The notes under the pieces were generated by a model. The model worked only from the letters and a program-made list of their open reading frames with translations, did not search any database and was not told where the DNA came from. From positions 96,001 to 160,000 of the forward strand of contig CAZPQW010000002.1 in assembly GCA_964588985.1 (NCBI GenBank): a stretch of DNA of 64,000 nt, given 5' to 3'. Below, piece after piece: positions 1-10,125 of this stretch; within the stretch, counting starts at the first letter, position 1; each line of letters begins with the position of its first letter. Made by a program: the position numbers and the translations under genes. The stretch comes from an uncultured Solirubrobacteraceae bacterium. GTDB taxonomy: Bacteria; Actinomycetota; Thermoleophilia; Solirubrobacterales; Solirubrobacteraceae.

Positions 1-1544
1 ACGGGGCCGCTGTTGAGCCCGACGCCCATCGCGAATTTGTGCTCGTGGCCCTGCTCGGCGATCCACGCGTTGAAGGCATCTAGGCGCGGACCGATCATCT
101 CGGTTGCTGCCGTGAGCGCGCGGTCGGCGTGATCGGACTGCTCGAGCGGCGCGCCGAACACGGCCATGATGCCGTCGCCCATATATGAGATGAGCGTCCC
201 GCCAGCGGCGAGGATCGCCTCGGTCATCTCGTTGAGGTAGCAGTTGACGACCTCGATCACGCGCGTGGCGGGCAGTTTCTCGGAGAAGCTCGTGAATCCC
301 CGCAGATCGGAGAACAGCACCGTGCAGTCGCGTTCAACGGCGCCGAGGCGCAGGTTGTCGCCGGCGCTCGCCACCACCTGGTCGACGACGTCGGCAGGCA
401 CGAAGCGCGCGAACAGGTCGTGTACGCGCGCGCGCTCGATCGTCTCCACGACGTAGAGGACGGCGAGCGTTCCCAGCGTCCCCACCGCCAGCGCGAGCAG
501 CGGGTATACGAAAGTGACGAGCCAACCGCTGTCGAAGGCGATCTGCACCGTGATCGTGAACACCACGGCCAGCGCCAGTGCGTCCAGCAGCGAACGCCAC
601 TGGCGCAGGCGCAGGCTGCTGATCGGGATCACCATCCCGAGGAGCAAGATCATCAGGATGTCGAGCCATCCGGGTGCATCTCTGAGCGGCTGGTCTGCCA
701 GCAGCGTAGCCGTCGCGTTTGCCCAGATTTCAGGTCCTGGCATCAACACACTGCCGGTAGTCGCCGTGGCGTGCTGATCCTGGAGGATTGGCGAGGAGGC
801 GCCGACGATCGCCAGCTTGTCGCGAAAAAAGCCAGCAGGAAAGTCCCCGCGCATCACCCTGGCGTAGGAGATCGAATGAAACGTTTCAGACGGCCCGGCG
901 AAGTAGATCGGGAGGCTGCCGTGTTCGAACGTCGACGCCGGGATCTGGCGCCCGGTCATCACTTCGGTCGCCACCACTGGAAAGCTTCCCAGGCCGCTGT
1001 ATTCGCGTTCGAAGCGACGCACCGCTCCGTCGCTGTCGAGGGTCAGTCGCACCTCCGCCGGCCGTGCTCCCAGTTCATGCAGCAACGGTTCTCCTCCGAA
1101 GATCTTCGTGCCGCCACGTGGTTTGCTGAACACGGTACTCGTGCCAAGCACGACTTTGCCGTGAGCGCGCCCGACTGCTTCGACGAGAGCGTCGTCTTCG
1201 GCTTCGTTGGTCCTCTGTGTGAATTCCATGTCGATCGCGATCGCCTTGGCGCCCGCGCGCCTGAGCCGGTCGACGACCTCGGCGTCATACCGCCGCGGCA
1301 GCGGCGATCGGAACTCGAGCCCATGTTCAGACAGTTCCTTTTCAGCTTCTAGGCTTATCTGCACGAATACGATGTTCGACGGTGGCTGCTTCGTGCCCCG
1401 GATCGAGAACCGCGCGTCGATCGTCTGCAGTTCGCTGCGCTGCAGCACTTCCGTGGCGTAGCCGAGCACGCCAATGCCGCCAGCGAGCACGGCTACGCTC
1501 AGCAGGAGGATCGTCTTGCGGCGCTGTCTGTGCGTACCGGCCAT
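1..1544 (-). CDS. CHASE2-domain adenylate/guanylate cyclase (class III), 3' end outside window
   Basis: Manual minus-strand translation, absent from the ORF track. ATG at 1544 with AGGAG RBS. N-terminal TM, CHASE2-like ELQTIDARFSIRG...LPRR..AEVVDRL..AGAKAIAIDMEF, three TM segments, then cyclase motifs TVLFSDLRGFTSFSE, YMGDGIMAVFGAP and MGVGLNSGP. Confidence 0.9.
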   Translation of the reverse strand, partial: MAGTHRQRRKTILLLSVAVLAGGIGVLGYATEVLQRSELQTIDARFSIRGTKQPPSNIVFVQISLEAEKELSEHGLEFRSPLPRRYDAEVVDRLRRAGAKAIAIDMEFTQRTNEAEDDALVEAVGRAHGKVVLGTSTVFSKPRGGTKIFGGEPLLHELGARPAEVRLTLDSDGAVRRFEREYSGLGSFPVVATEVMTGRQIPASTFEHGSLPIYFAGPSETFHSISYARVMRGDFPAGFFRDKLAIVGASSPILQDQHATATTGSVLMPGPEIWANATATLLADQPLRDAPGWLDILMILLLGMVIPISSLRLRQWRSLLDALALAVVFTITVQIAFDSGWLVTFVYPLLALAVGTLGTLAVLYVVETIERARVHDLFARFVPADVVDQVVASAGDNLRLGAVERDCTVLFSDLRGFTSFSEKLPATRVIEVVNCYLNEMTEAILAAGGTLISYMGDGIMAVFGAPLEQSDHADRALTAATEMIGPRLDAFNAWIAEQGHEHKFAMGVGLNSGP

Positions 1545-1629
1545 CTCAGCGCTCTCCTGTCACGATCTTCGCCCCGGGCGTGCTGATGCTATCCGCAAGA
1601 GCACCGGCTCTGCTACGTTGCCGCACACG

Positions 1630-3180
1630 ATGTCCTCGGTCCGTGCTCTCAGGCATCGCGTGCAGGTGGGGATCGGTCTTGCGTTGGCGTTTACGGCGTG
1701 TGGGCTGGCGGGCGTGCTAGCCGTGCCTGCGACGAGCCTTGCCGCAGCGGACGCGAATTTCGTCGGCTATTGGGAAGACCCCCCGGCCCTGGGATACGCG
1801 CCCTTCACGATCACCTCGGAGAACTTCGTCACCGGCGAATGTGTCGGGACGTCGATCCCCGGCTACCTGCTCACCGGCTGCAAGGTGACTGGACAAGCTT
1901 ACGAATTCGTGATCGAAACGGAAGGCGGGGGCTACAGGTCGTTCAACAAGGGCACGATCGAAGGCAACAAGGCGACCGGCTCGTTCAACGACGGCACAGA
2001 ACACCAATACACCGCCACACGGCTGGTCAATCTCACCGGCACATGGGTGGCCGTGTATCACTGCGAATCAGGGGAATGCAAGGGACAGAGCTTCCCCGCG
2101 ATCGACACGCTGAGCCAAGCCGAAGGCTCGAGCTCGGTGACGGGAGCAAATGAAGGCGAAAGCATCTCCGGCACGGTGAGTGGACAAAGCTTCGAATACC
2201 ACAGCGGCACGGTCGGCGGATCCACATCCGAAGCGACCCTCACCGTCTCTGAAGACGGGCTGTCCTGGGAAGGCGCGTTGCAGGACAGCAACCACACCAG
2301 CGGTAAATACACCGCAACCAGGCTGCCGAGCGTATCATCGGTGAGCCCGAGCTCTGGGAGTGCGCTCGGCGGGACGGCGGTGACGATCACAGGTGGTGGG
2401 TTCAGTGCTGGCGCGACCGTGAGCTTCGGCTCCAGCTCGGCGTCGAGTGTGACGGTGAACTCCACCGGCTCGATCACCGCAACCAGCCCGGCGGGCGCCG
2501 GCACGGTGGACGTGACCGTCACGACCTCCGCCGGAACATCCGCGACGACGCCGGGCGATCGATTCACCTACATCGCCCCCGCGATCACGCCCCCCGCTCC
2601 CCTCCCCGAAGTCGCGTTCACCCCGCCGCCGAAGCTCGGGGTTACCGGCAACGTGGCGCCGGTGTCTGGCACTGTGCTTCTGCGTCTGCACGGCAGCGCT
2701 TCGTTCGTCGCGCTGTCCTCGCTGCGCCAGATCCCGTTCGGGTCGGTCATCGACGTGACACACGGCAGGGTCAGCGTCACGACCGCTGCGCCGCACGGCG
2801 GCACCCAGACAGGTGAATTCTTCGAGGGCGAGTTCGTGTTGACGCAGGGCCGCAACGGGCTGGTCGTGGCGGCCCTGACGGGCGGCGACTTCTCGGTGTG
2901 CCCGACGGCCCGTGAGCGGGCTCACAAGGCGCGAGCGAGCGCGGCGCACGTGTCGGGCAAACACGTGGTGCGCAAACTGTGGGCCAACGCGCACGGAAGC
3001 TTCTCGACGAAGGGCAACTACGCTGCGGGCGCGGTCGCGGGCACCGAATGGCTGACCGAGGACCTCTGCGATGGCACCGTGATTCGCGTCACGCGCGACA
3101 AGGTCGCTGTGACGAACCTCGTCAACCACCACCACGCAATGGTCAAGGTCGGGCACCGCTATCTCGCCAAGGCGCCCTGA
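1630..3180 (+). CDS. Secreted protein: signal peptide, two tandem beta-rich repeats, IPT/TIG domain, FecR-like C-terminal domain
   Basis: Signal peptide ending ..SLAAA. IPT motif PSVSSVSPSSGSALGGTAVTITGGGF...VDVTVTTSAGTS...FTY. Start moved to ATG 1630, which has TACGTT upstream. Confidence 0.75.
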   Translation: MSSVRALRHRVQVGIGLALAFTACGLAGVLAVPATSLAAADANFVGYWEDPPALGYAPFTITSENFVTGECVGTSIPGYLLTGCKVTGQAYEFVIETEGGGYRSFNKGTIEGNKATGSFNDGTEHQYTATRLVNLTGTWVAVYHCESGECKGQSFPAIDTLSQAEGSSSVTGANEGESISGTVSGQSFEYHSGTVGGSTSEATLTVSEDGLSWEGALQDSNHTSGKYTATRLPSVSSVSPSSGSALGGTAVTITGGGFSAGATVSFGSSSASSVTVNSTGSITATSPAGAGTVDVTVTTSAGTSATTPGDRFTYIAPAITPPAPLPEVAFTPPPKLGVTGNVAPVSGTVLLRLHGSASFVALSSLRQIPFGSVIDVTHGRVSVTTAAPHGGTQTGEFFEGEFVLTQGRNGLVVAALTGGDFSVCPTARERAHKARASAAHVSGKHVVRKLWANAHGSFSTKGNYAAGAVAGTEWLTEDLCDGTVIRVTRDKVAVTNLVNHHHAMVKVGHRYLAKAP

Positions 3181-3183
3181 GGT

Positions 3184-5001
3184 GTGAGCGGCTATCTGCC
3201 CATCGCCGAGCACGGGCTGATCGGCGACCTGCACTCGATCGCGCTCGTCGGCACGAACGCGACGATCGACTGGTACTGCGCCCCGCGGGTCGACTCTCCG
3301 AGCGTGTTCGGCGCGATCCTCGATGCCGGCAAGGGCGGTCATTGGCGCCTGAGCCCCGACTGTGCGGTGAGCACCACCAAGCAGCTCTACTTCCCCGACA
3401 CGAACGTCCTCATCACGCGTTTCCTCACGCCCGAGGGGGTGGGCGAGATCGAGGACTTCATGCCTGTCGGGCAGACCCGCGCCGGGGGCGCTCACCGCCA
3501 GCGCGTGGTGCGTCGTGTGTTGGCGGTGCGCGGCAGCATCGGCTTCCACACCGAGATCGCGCCGCGGTTCGATTACGGGCGCGCGGCGCATGAGATCGAT
3601 CGTCACGAGCACGGGGTGGTGTTCCGCACCCCGGATCTCTCGCTGCAGCTCGAGACGGACGTCCCGATCGAGCTGCACGACGGCGCCGCGCGGGCACACT
3701 TTCACCTGCAGGCCGGCGAAAGCACCACCTTCGTGCTCGAGACGCTGCCCCCTGGGTCGAACGCTCCCGCTGGGCACACCGACGCCGAGATCGCGGAGCT
3801 GTTCGAGCGGACGGTCGCCTACTGGCGCCGCTGGCTGGCGCAGTCACGCTACACGGGACGCTGGCGCGAGATGGTTCACCGCTCGGCGCTTACCCTCAAG
3901 CTGCTGACTTACGAGCCGACGGGAGCGATCATCGCGGCCCCGACCACGAGCCTGCCCGAGGAGCTCGGCGGCGAGCGCAACTGGGACTACCGCTACACGT
4001 GGATCCGTGACGCGGCGTTCTCGCTGTACGCGCTGCTGCGCCTGGGGTTCGCGGAGGAGGCGTCGGCGTTCATGCAGTGGCTGACCCTGCGCCTCTCCGA
4101 CGAGCGCGACCGCGGGCACGGGTTGGGGCCGCTGCAGATCATGTATGGCATCGATGGTCGCCGTGAGTTGCCGGAGACGATCCTCGGACATTGGGAGGGA
4201 TACCGGGGCTCGGCGCCGGTGCGGATCGGCAACGGCGCCGCCGACCAGCTCCAGCTGGACATTTACGGCGAGCTGATCGACTCGGTGTACCTCTACAACA
4301 AGCACAGCACCCCGATCTACCACGAGGCGTGGGAGCATCTCAGCCGCATCGTGGACTGGGTGTGCGATAACTGGGATCAGGCTGACGAGGGGATCTGGGA
4401 GGTGCGCGGGGGACGCCAGAACTTCACCTACTCACGCCTGATGTCGTGGGTGGCGGTCGAGCGCGCCGTGCGCATCGCCAACCAGCGTGGGCTTCCCGCC
4501 GAGCTCGAGCGCTGGCGCTCCGCACGCGACGCGATCTATCGCCAGATCATGACCCGCGGCTGGAACGAGGGTCGTGGAGCGTTCGTCCAGCACTACGACA
4601 CCGACGTACTCGACGCGTCGCTGCTGCTGATGCCGCTCGTGAAGTTCATCGCGCCAACTGACCCCCGCTGGATTTCGACTATGAACGAGATATCTCACGA
4701 GCTCGTCTCCGACAGCCTCGTCTATCGCTACAACACGACGACCGCCGCCGCCGACGGTCTTCGCGGGGAGGAGGGCACCTTCTCGATCTGCTCGTTCTGG
4801 TACGTGGAGGCGCTCGCCCGCGCCGGTCGCCTCGACGATGCGCGCCTGGCGCTGGAGAAGATGTTCACCTACGCCAACCACCTCGGGCTCTACGCCGAGG
4901 AGATCGGCCCCACTGGCGAGCAGCTCGGCAACTTCCCGCAGGCATTCACCCACCTCGCGCTGATCAGCGCGGCGGCGAACCTCGATCGGGCCCTGGGGTA
5001 G
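3184..5001 (+). CDS. Glycoside hydrolase family 15 (trehalase/glucoamylase-like)
   Basis: [56 protein letters not shown]. Confidence 0.95.
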   Translation: MSGYLPIAEHGLIGDLHSIALVGTNATIDWYCAPRVDSPSVFGAILDAGKGGHWRLSPDCAVSTTKQLYFPDTNVLITRFLTPEGVGEIEDFMPVGQTRAGGAHRQRVVRRVLAVRGSIGFHTEIAPRFDYGRAAHEIDRHEHGVVFRTPDLSLQLETDVPIELHDGAARAHFHLQAGESTTFVLETLPPGSNAPAGHTDAEIAELFERTVAYWRRWLAQSRYTGRWREMVHRSALTLKLLTYEPTGAIIAAPTTSLPEELGGERNWDYRYTWIRDAAFSLYALLRLGFAEEASAFMQWLTLRLSDERDRGHGLGPLQIMYGIDGRRELPETILGHWEGYRGSAPVRIGNGAADQLQLDIYGELIDSVYLYNKHSTPIYHEAWEHLSRIVDWVCDNWDQADEGIWEVRGGRQNFTYSRLMSWVAVERAVRIANQRGLPAELERWRSARDAIYRQIMTRGWNEGRGAFVQHYDTDVLDASLLLMPLVKFIAPTDPRWISTMNEISHELVSDSLVYRYNTTTAAADGLRGEEGTFSICSFWYVEALARAGRLDDARLALEKMFTYANHLGLYAEEIGPTGEQLGNFPQAFTHLALISAAANLDRALG

Positions 5002-5012
5002 GTTATGCCGCG

Positions 5013-5498
5013 ATGAGTCCGGACTTCGCGGCGAGCTTCTTCAACTACGAGTCCGTCGAGGTCCACGAGCGTTCCGAGGATCTCGCGCTGCTCGCCGGCC
5101 GCCCGCAGTCCGACTGGGCGAAGGTCCTCGCCCACACCGAGACGCGCCGCTTCTCGCGTGATGAGACGATCATCTCGGCCGGTGAGAAAGACCGCGCGCT
5201 GTATCTGCTCACCGAGGGCACGCTCGGCGTGCGCCTGGACGCGGACACGGACAGGACGTTCAAGGCGATCGACGCCCCGTCGGTGGTGGGCGAGGTTGCG
5301 TTCCTGGACGGCGGTCCGCGCTCGGCGACGCTGTTCGCGATCACCGACGGCGAGCTGCTGCGCCTGCGCATGGAGAGCTTCGAAACGCTCGCGGCCCGCG
5401 AGCCGGAGCTGGGCCGCGCGATCCTGTTCGACCTCGCGCGCATCGTCACCGCCCGTCTGCGCCTGGCGAGCGACGTCATCGCCCGGACGGGGGGATGA
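5013..5498 (+). CDS. Stand-alone cyclic nucleotide-binding domain protein
   Basis: Phosphate-binding cassette VVGEVAFLDGGPRSAT; no C-terminal HTH. Confidence 0.9.
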   Translation: MSPDFAASFFNYESVEVHERSEDLALLAGRPQSDWAKVLAHTETRRFSRDETIISAGEKDRALYLLTEGTLGVRLDADTDRTFKAIDAPSVVGEVAFLDGGPRSATLFAITDGELLRLRMESFETLAAREPELGRAILFDLARIVTARLRLASDVIARTGG

Positions 5499-8149
5499 AC
5501 ATGGCGAGCACCACGACGTCTGCCAACCCATTCCCGAACTACACCCAGCTTCCTCGGCGCCTGCCGATCTGGGCGTGGCACGTCGGTCGTGTGCTGAGCG
5601 TGTGCTCGGCGATCGGGCTGTGCATCCTGCTCCTCGTCAAGCCGAACAAAGGGCTGGAACTGTGGTGGAGGCTCGCGATCCCGTCGCTGCCGCTGCTGTG
5701 GCTCACCGCCCCCGGGCTGTGGCGCAACCTCTGTCCGCTGGCCGCGTCCAACCAAACCCCTCGTCTCTTCAAGCTCACCCGCGGGCTGACGATCCCCGAC
5801 TGGTATCGCGAGTACGCGCCGGTGGTGGGGATGACCGCGTTCATCGTCTTGGTGGCGTCGCGCGAGCCGCTGCTGAACACGAGCGGCGTCGCGACGGCGG
5901 TATTGATCGGCTCCTCGCTCGTGGGCGCGCTGACGGGCGGCGTGGTGTTCAAGGGCAAGAGCGGCTGGTGCAGCTCGCTGTGCCCGCTGCTGCCGGTGCA
6001 GCGCATCTACGGGCAGACGCCCTTCGCGACGGTCCCCAACTCGCACTGCCAGCCGTGCGTGGGGTGCACGAAGAACTGCTACGACTTCAACCCGCGCGTG
6101 GCGTACCTCGCGGACCTCTACGAGGACGACCGCCACTACACGGGCTATCGCAAGTTCTTCGTCGGCTGCTTCCCCGGCCTGATCCTGTGCTATTTCACGC
6201 TGCCCGAGCACATCTCGGCGGCCTCCGACTACGGGCGCTTCGCGCTCTACATCGCCGCGAGCGCGGGCAGCTTCTTCCTCGCCGAGGCGCTCCTGAAGGT
6301 GACGGTCAACAAGATCACAGCCGTGTACGGAGCGGTGGCGATCAGCCTGTTCTACTGGTACTCCTCGAAGGTGCTCGCCGGCACCCTTACCGGCAGCGAG
6401 AGCACGGCATGGTTCGTATGGGGGTTGCGCGGCGTTGTGTGGGTGCTGGCGGCGGTGTGGCTGGTGCGCACGTGGCGCAAGGAGGCCGTGTTCGTCGAGC
6501 AGGCGACCGCGCCGCCGCCTGTGCGCCTCGGAGACGAGGCGCTCGATGCCGCTCGCGCGCAGCAGGCGGGCAATCCCGAGATCACGTTCGAGCCGAGCGG
6601 CCTGCGCCTGGTGGCGAAGCCCGGGGCGACCCTGCTCGATCTCGCGGAGAGCGGCGAGCAGCCCGTCGAGGCGGGCTGCCGGATGGGCGTGTGCGGTGCT
6701 GACCCGGTGTGCGTGGTCTCGGGAATGGAGAACCTGTCGCCGGTCTCCGGCGATGAGCAGGCGACGCTCGAGCGCCTCGGCTATGCCGAGAGCACACGCA
6801 TGGCCTGCTGTGCGCGGGTCAATGGACCGGTCACGATCTCGCTGACGCCAGAGCGGGCGGGTGCGGTGGCGCCGAAGCGTGTCGAGGGCTTCGAGTACGA
6901 CCCTGAGGTGACGCGCGTGGTGGTCGTGGGCAACGGCATCGCTGGCGTGACCGCCGCCGACCACGTCCGCCGCCGCCACCCGGACTGTCAGATCGACGTT
7001 GTCGCCAACGAGCCGTATCCGCTGTACAACCGGATGGGGATCGGTCGCCTCGTGTACGGCAGCTCGGCGATGATCGGGCTGCAGCTGCTGCCCGACTCGT
7101 GGTACGAGGACAACAAGGTCACGTGTTGGCTGAACACCTTCGCCACCAGCCTGGACCGCGAGCGCCGGGAGCTGACGCTCGGCACGGGTGAGAAGCTCCC
7201 CTACGACCGCCTGATCCTCGCGACCGGCAGCGACTCGTTCGTGCCACCGATCGAGGGCTACGGCGCGCCGGGCACGTTCGTGCTGCGCCGCGCCGCCGAC
7301 GCGTTCGGCATTCGCACGTTCGCGCAGGAGCACGGCGCCGAGCACGCGGTCATCGCCGGCGGCGGGCTGCTCGGCCTCGAGGCGGCGTACGCGCTGCACA
7401 AGATCGGGCTGCACGTGACCGTGCTCGAGCGCGGTAAGACGCTGCTCTCGCGCCAGCTCGACGAGCGCGCGGCGGAGATGCTGCGCGACTACCTCGAGGG
7501 CCTGGGGCTGCACATCATGCTGGCGAGTGAGACCGCGTCGCTGCACGCTGGCGAGAGCAACGGCCGTCCGGGTCGCCTGCGCGAGGTCCGCCTGCGCGAC
7601 GGGCGCAGCCTGCCCGCCGACCTGTTCCTCGTGGCCGCGGGCATCGTGCCGCTGGTGGAGCTCGCGCGCGAGTCGGGCCTGGAGGTTGCCAGGGGCGTGG
7701 TCGTGGACGATGCTCTGGCGACGAGCGATCCCCGCGTGTTCGCGGTCGGCGACGTGGCCGAGCACCGCGGGCGAACGTACGGCCTGTGGCCCGCGGCGGT
7801 CGAGCAGGGGGAGATCGCCGCCGAGAACGCGTTGGGTGGCACGCGCGCCTACGAGGGAACGGTGCCCGTCACGATGCTGAAGGTCGTCGGCGTCGACCTG
7901 CTCTCGATCGGACGCTTCCAGCCGCAGGATGGCGACACCGTGATCGCGATCGAGGACTCCGAGGAGCACAGCTATCGCAAGCTTGTGATCGCCGACGATC
8001 GGATCGTGGGCGCGATCCTGATCGCCCGCCAACAGGACGCCCCCCATGTCACCGACGCGGTCAAGGATGCTCGCGACGTGTCCGCCCTCGTGCCAGATCT
8101 GGAACGAGGCGCGTGGGACGTGCTGGCACAGGAGCCGGTCCCCGCGTAG
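5495..8149 (+). CDS. Membrane Fe-S (CxxxCP-type) + 2Fe-2S ferredoxin + NirB-like FAD/NAD(P)H oxidoreductase fusion
   Basis: Multiple TM helices with WRNLCP, WCSSLCP and CQPCVGCTKNC; ferredoxin-like CRMGVCGAD...RMACC; GNGIAG, GGGLLGLE and FAVGDVAE flavoprotein motifs. Confidence 0.85.
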   Translation: MNMASTTTSANPFPNYTQLPRRLPIWAWHVGRVLSVCSAIGLCILLLVKPNKGLELWWRLAIPSLPLLWLTAPGLWRNLCPLAASNQTPRLFKLTRGLTIPDWYREYAPVVGMTAFIVLVASREPLLNTSGVATAVLIGSSLVGALTGGVVFKGKSGWCSSLCPLLPVQRIYGQTPFATVPNSHCQPCVGCTKNCYDFNPRVAYLADLYEDDRHYTGYRKFFVGCFPGLILCYFTLPEHISAASDYGRFALYIAASAGSFFLAEALLKVTVNKITAVYGAVAISLFYWYSSKVLAGTLTGSESTAWFVWGLRGVVWVLAAVWLVRTWRKEAVFVEQATAPPPVRLGDEALDAARAQQAGNPEITFEPSGLRLVAKPGATLLDLAESGEQPVEAGCRMGVCGADPVCVVSGMENLSPVSGDEQATLERLGYAESTRMACCARVNGPVTISLTPERAGAVAPKRVEGFEYDPEVTRVVVVGNGIAGVTAADHVRRRHPDCQIDVVANEPYPLYNRMGIGRLVYGSSAMIGLQLLPDSWYEDNKVTCWLNTFATSLDRERRELTLGTGEKLPYDRLILATGSDSFVPPIEGYGAPGTFVLRRAADAFGIRTFAQEHGAEHAVIAGGGLLGLEAAYALHKIGLHVTVLERGKTLLSRQLDERAAEMLRDYLEGLGLHIMLASETASLHAGESNGRPGRLREVRLRDGRSLPADLFLVAAGIVPLVELARESGLEVARGVVVDDALATSDPRVFAVGDVAEHRGRTYGLWPAAVEQGEIAAENALGGTRAYEGTVPVTMLKVVGVDLLSIGRFQPQDGDTVIAIEDSEEHSYRKLVIADDRIVGAILIARQQDAPHVTDAVKDARDVSALVPDLERGAWDVLAQEPVPA

Positions 8150-8219
8150 GGCTCGTCTTCGGCCCGCTGCCCGGCTGGCTCTGAGCGCCCCCGATGGGGT
8201 AGGATCCAGACGTTCATAA

Positions 8220-8390
8220 CGGTCGGTGGCCAAGGGAAGCCGGTGAGAATCCGGCGCGGACCCGCCACTGTGACCGGGGATGCCCACCGTTGCACGTCAG
8301 CTTGGCGTGCGGCCACTGACTCCGCCCTTCGGCGGAGACGGGAAGGCTCGGAGGGGTAGGCCCGGCAGCCAGGAGACCTGCCTCCGACCG
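8220..8390 (+). ncRNA. Cobalamin riboswitch
   Basis: GGGAAGCCGGTGAGAATCCGGCGCGG-CCCGCCACTGTGA, GCCACTG, GGGAAGG, B12 box AGCCAGGAGACCTGCC; P1 CGGTCGG/CCGACCG; -10 TAGGAT at 8200. Confidence 0.95.
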
Positions 8391-8426
8391 CAAGCCCACA
8401 AGCCCTCGTGGAAAGGGGTCGGCTCC

Positions 8427-9608
8427 ATGCTCACATCTCGTCGTATCCGTCGGACGCTCCTCGTCGCATCCATCTCGCTGTTCCTGCTCGCCTTCGGTGT
8501 CCCATCCGCGCTCGCCGCACCGACGGTCACCGTTCGCATCGAGGGCGAATCCTCGACACTCGTGCCGAAGACATCCGTCACGCTGAGCGCGCCCGAGCCT
8601 GTCAGCGGCTGCCCCGCGAACAGCGTCGCGGCCGCGATCAACCTTGCGGTGGGCGGCAACTGGGATCACGGCGAGGCCAACGGCGGCGCCGGCGACTTCA
8701 CCGAAACGATCCTCGGCGAGACGCACTCGTTCACGCACGAAGCCGACACCTGGGCCGAGTGGGTCAACTACAAATGGGGCGGCGGCATCTGCACGGACCT
8801 CCTCAGCGAAGGCGACGAAGTGGTGATGGTCGCCGACCACGAGCCGGAACCGCTCTACGTGCCGACCGTCCTGCCGCTCGTCGTCGCCGAAGCGCCGGCC
8901 AGCGTCCAGGCGGGCACGCCGTTCACCGTCAAGGTCAGCGCCGTCCACATCCCAGCCGGGATGTTCGCCGAAAAAGGCGAGGGCGAAGCGCAGCCGATCG
9001 AAGGCGCCACAGTGTCCGGCGCTGGTGCGACCGCGACCAGCTTCGCCGGCGGGGCCGCGACCCTCACACTCGACACCGTCGGCAACGTCACCCTGCGCGC
9101 GACGAGGGCTGGAGACGCTCCCTCGGCGGGCTTCGTCGTGTGCGTGCACAACGGCAACGACGGCAACTGCGGTACGACGAGCGCTTCAACCACCGGATCG
9201 ACCGCGGCCGGTGGCGTCCTGCCGTTCACCGCCTACAAAGGCCCGTTCGCGCTCGTCGCCCACGCCAGCGACCTGATCGACGGCCACGTCTACCCGCGCC
9301 GGCTCGCCCCACGCGTGCTCGCCGGAACGATCGCCGCCCACACCGCCGTCACGTCGGTGAGCACGGAGCTCCGTCGCCGCTATCGCGGCCGCTGCTCCGC
9401 ATACGACGGCGACCGGGAGCGCTTCGTCTCGGCGCGCTGCGGCAGCGGCAGCTTCTTCAAGGTCTCGAACGGAGGAGCGTTCTCCTACCTGCTGCCATCC
9501 GCGCTCGCGCCAGGCCGTTATGTCCTCGACATCGAGGCGAGCGATGCGGCCGGCAACGTCACCACGCTCGCGCGCGGGACCTCGAGGCTCGTGTTCTATG
9601 TCCGGTAG
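8427..9608 (+). CDS. Secreted protein with DUF4430-like (transcobalamin beta-like) segment and Ig-like domains
   Basis: ATG 8427 with AAAGGGG RBS; signal peptide ..SALAA; FTETILGE...WAEWVN...LSEGDEVV; first gene after the riboswitch. Confidence 0.7.
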   Translation: MLTSRRIRRTLLVASISLFLLAFGVPSALAAPTVTVRIEGESSTLVPKTSVTLSAPEPVSGCPANSVAAAINLAVGGNWDHGEANGGAGDFTETILGETHSFTHEADTWAEWVNYKWGGGICTDLLSEGDEVVMVADHEPEPLYVPTVLPLVVAEAPASVQAGTPFTVKVSAVHIPAGMFAEKGEGEAQPIEGATVSGAGATATSFAGGAATLTLDTVGNVTLRATRAGDAPSAGFVVCVHNGNDGNCGTTSASTTGSTAAGGVLPFTAYKGPFALVAHASDLIDGHVYPRRLAPRVLAGTIAAHTAVTSVSTELRRRYRGRCSAYDGDRERFVSARCGSGSFFKVSNGGAFSYLLPSALAPGRYVLDIEASDAAGNVTTLARGTSRLVFYVR

Positions 9609-10125
9609 GACGGCGCTTGTCTCGGCGCTGGCGACGGTCGCGGCGTGGGGCGCCGCGACCGCGTCGGCCGACACGCCACGCGCCGCTCGGACGGCGGCCT
9701 CGGGTCCAAGCGTGCAGGACACGATCGTGGGCGTCGGCGGCAGGGTCCTCTCGCGGACGCGCACCGTCACCGCGTCCGCGAGCTCGGTGCGCATAGGTCA
9801 CAGGAGCTGCGCCGTGGCCGCCGGCACGCCGCTCGCGGTGCTGCTCGCCGTCCGCCGCGCCGGCGGTCCCGGCTTCGCGCTGCGCGACTACGGCAGTTGT
9901 GGATCCTCGCCGGCGAACTCGGGCCAGCTGTTCGTGTACTCACTCGGCGGGGAGACCAACCGTGGCCAGAACGGCTGGGAGTACGAGGTCGACGGGGTCG
10001 TCGGCAGCGCGGGCGCCGCTGACCCCAGCGGCCCGGAGGGCAACGGCCGGCGTCTGCGCGCGGGCGACCGCGTGGTGTGGTTCTGGTGTGAAGCCTACCG
10101 AGGCGGATGCAGGCGAAAGCCGTGA
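9598..10125 (+). CDS. Secreted DUF4430-like protein
   Basis: ATG 9598 overlaps the upstream stop; signal peptide; LFVYSLGGE...GWEYEVDG...LRAGDRVVWFW. Confidence 0.7.
   Translation: MSGRTALVSALATVAAWGAATASADTPRAARTAASGPSVQDTIVGVGGRVLSRTRTVTASASSVRIGHRSCAVAAGTPLAVLLAVRRAGGPGFALRDYGSCGSSPANSGQLFVYSLGGETNRGQNGWEYEVDGVVGSAGAADPSGPEGNGRRLRAGDRVVWFWCEAYRGGCRRKP

Noticed and set aside
5045-8287. 1080-aa minus-strand ORF and many other long overlapping ORFs (e.g. 13913-16366, 54278-56215, 21742-23565)
   Set aside because: Antisense or off-frame shadows of well-supported genes; Arg/Ala/Pro-rich with no motifs, as expected at high GC.
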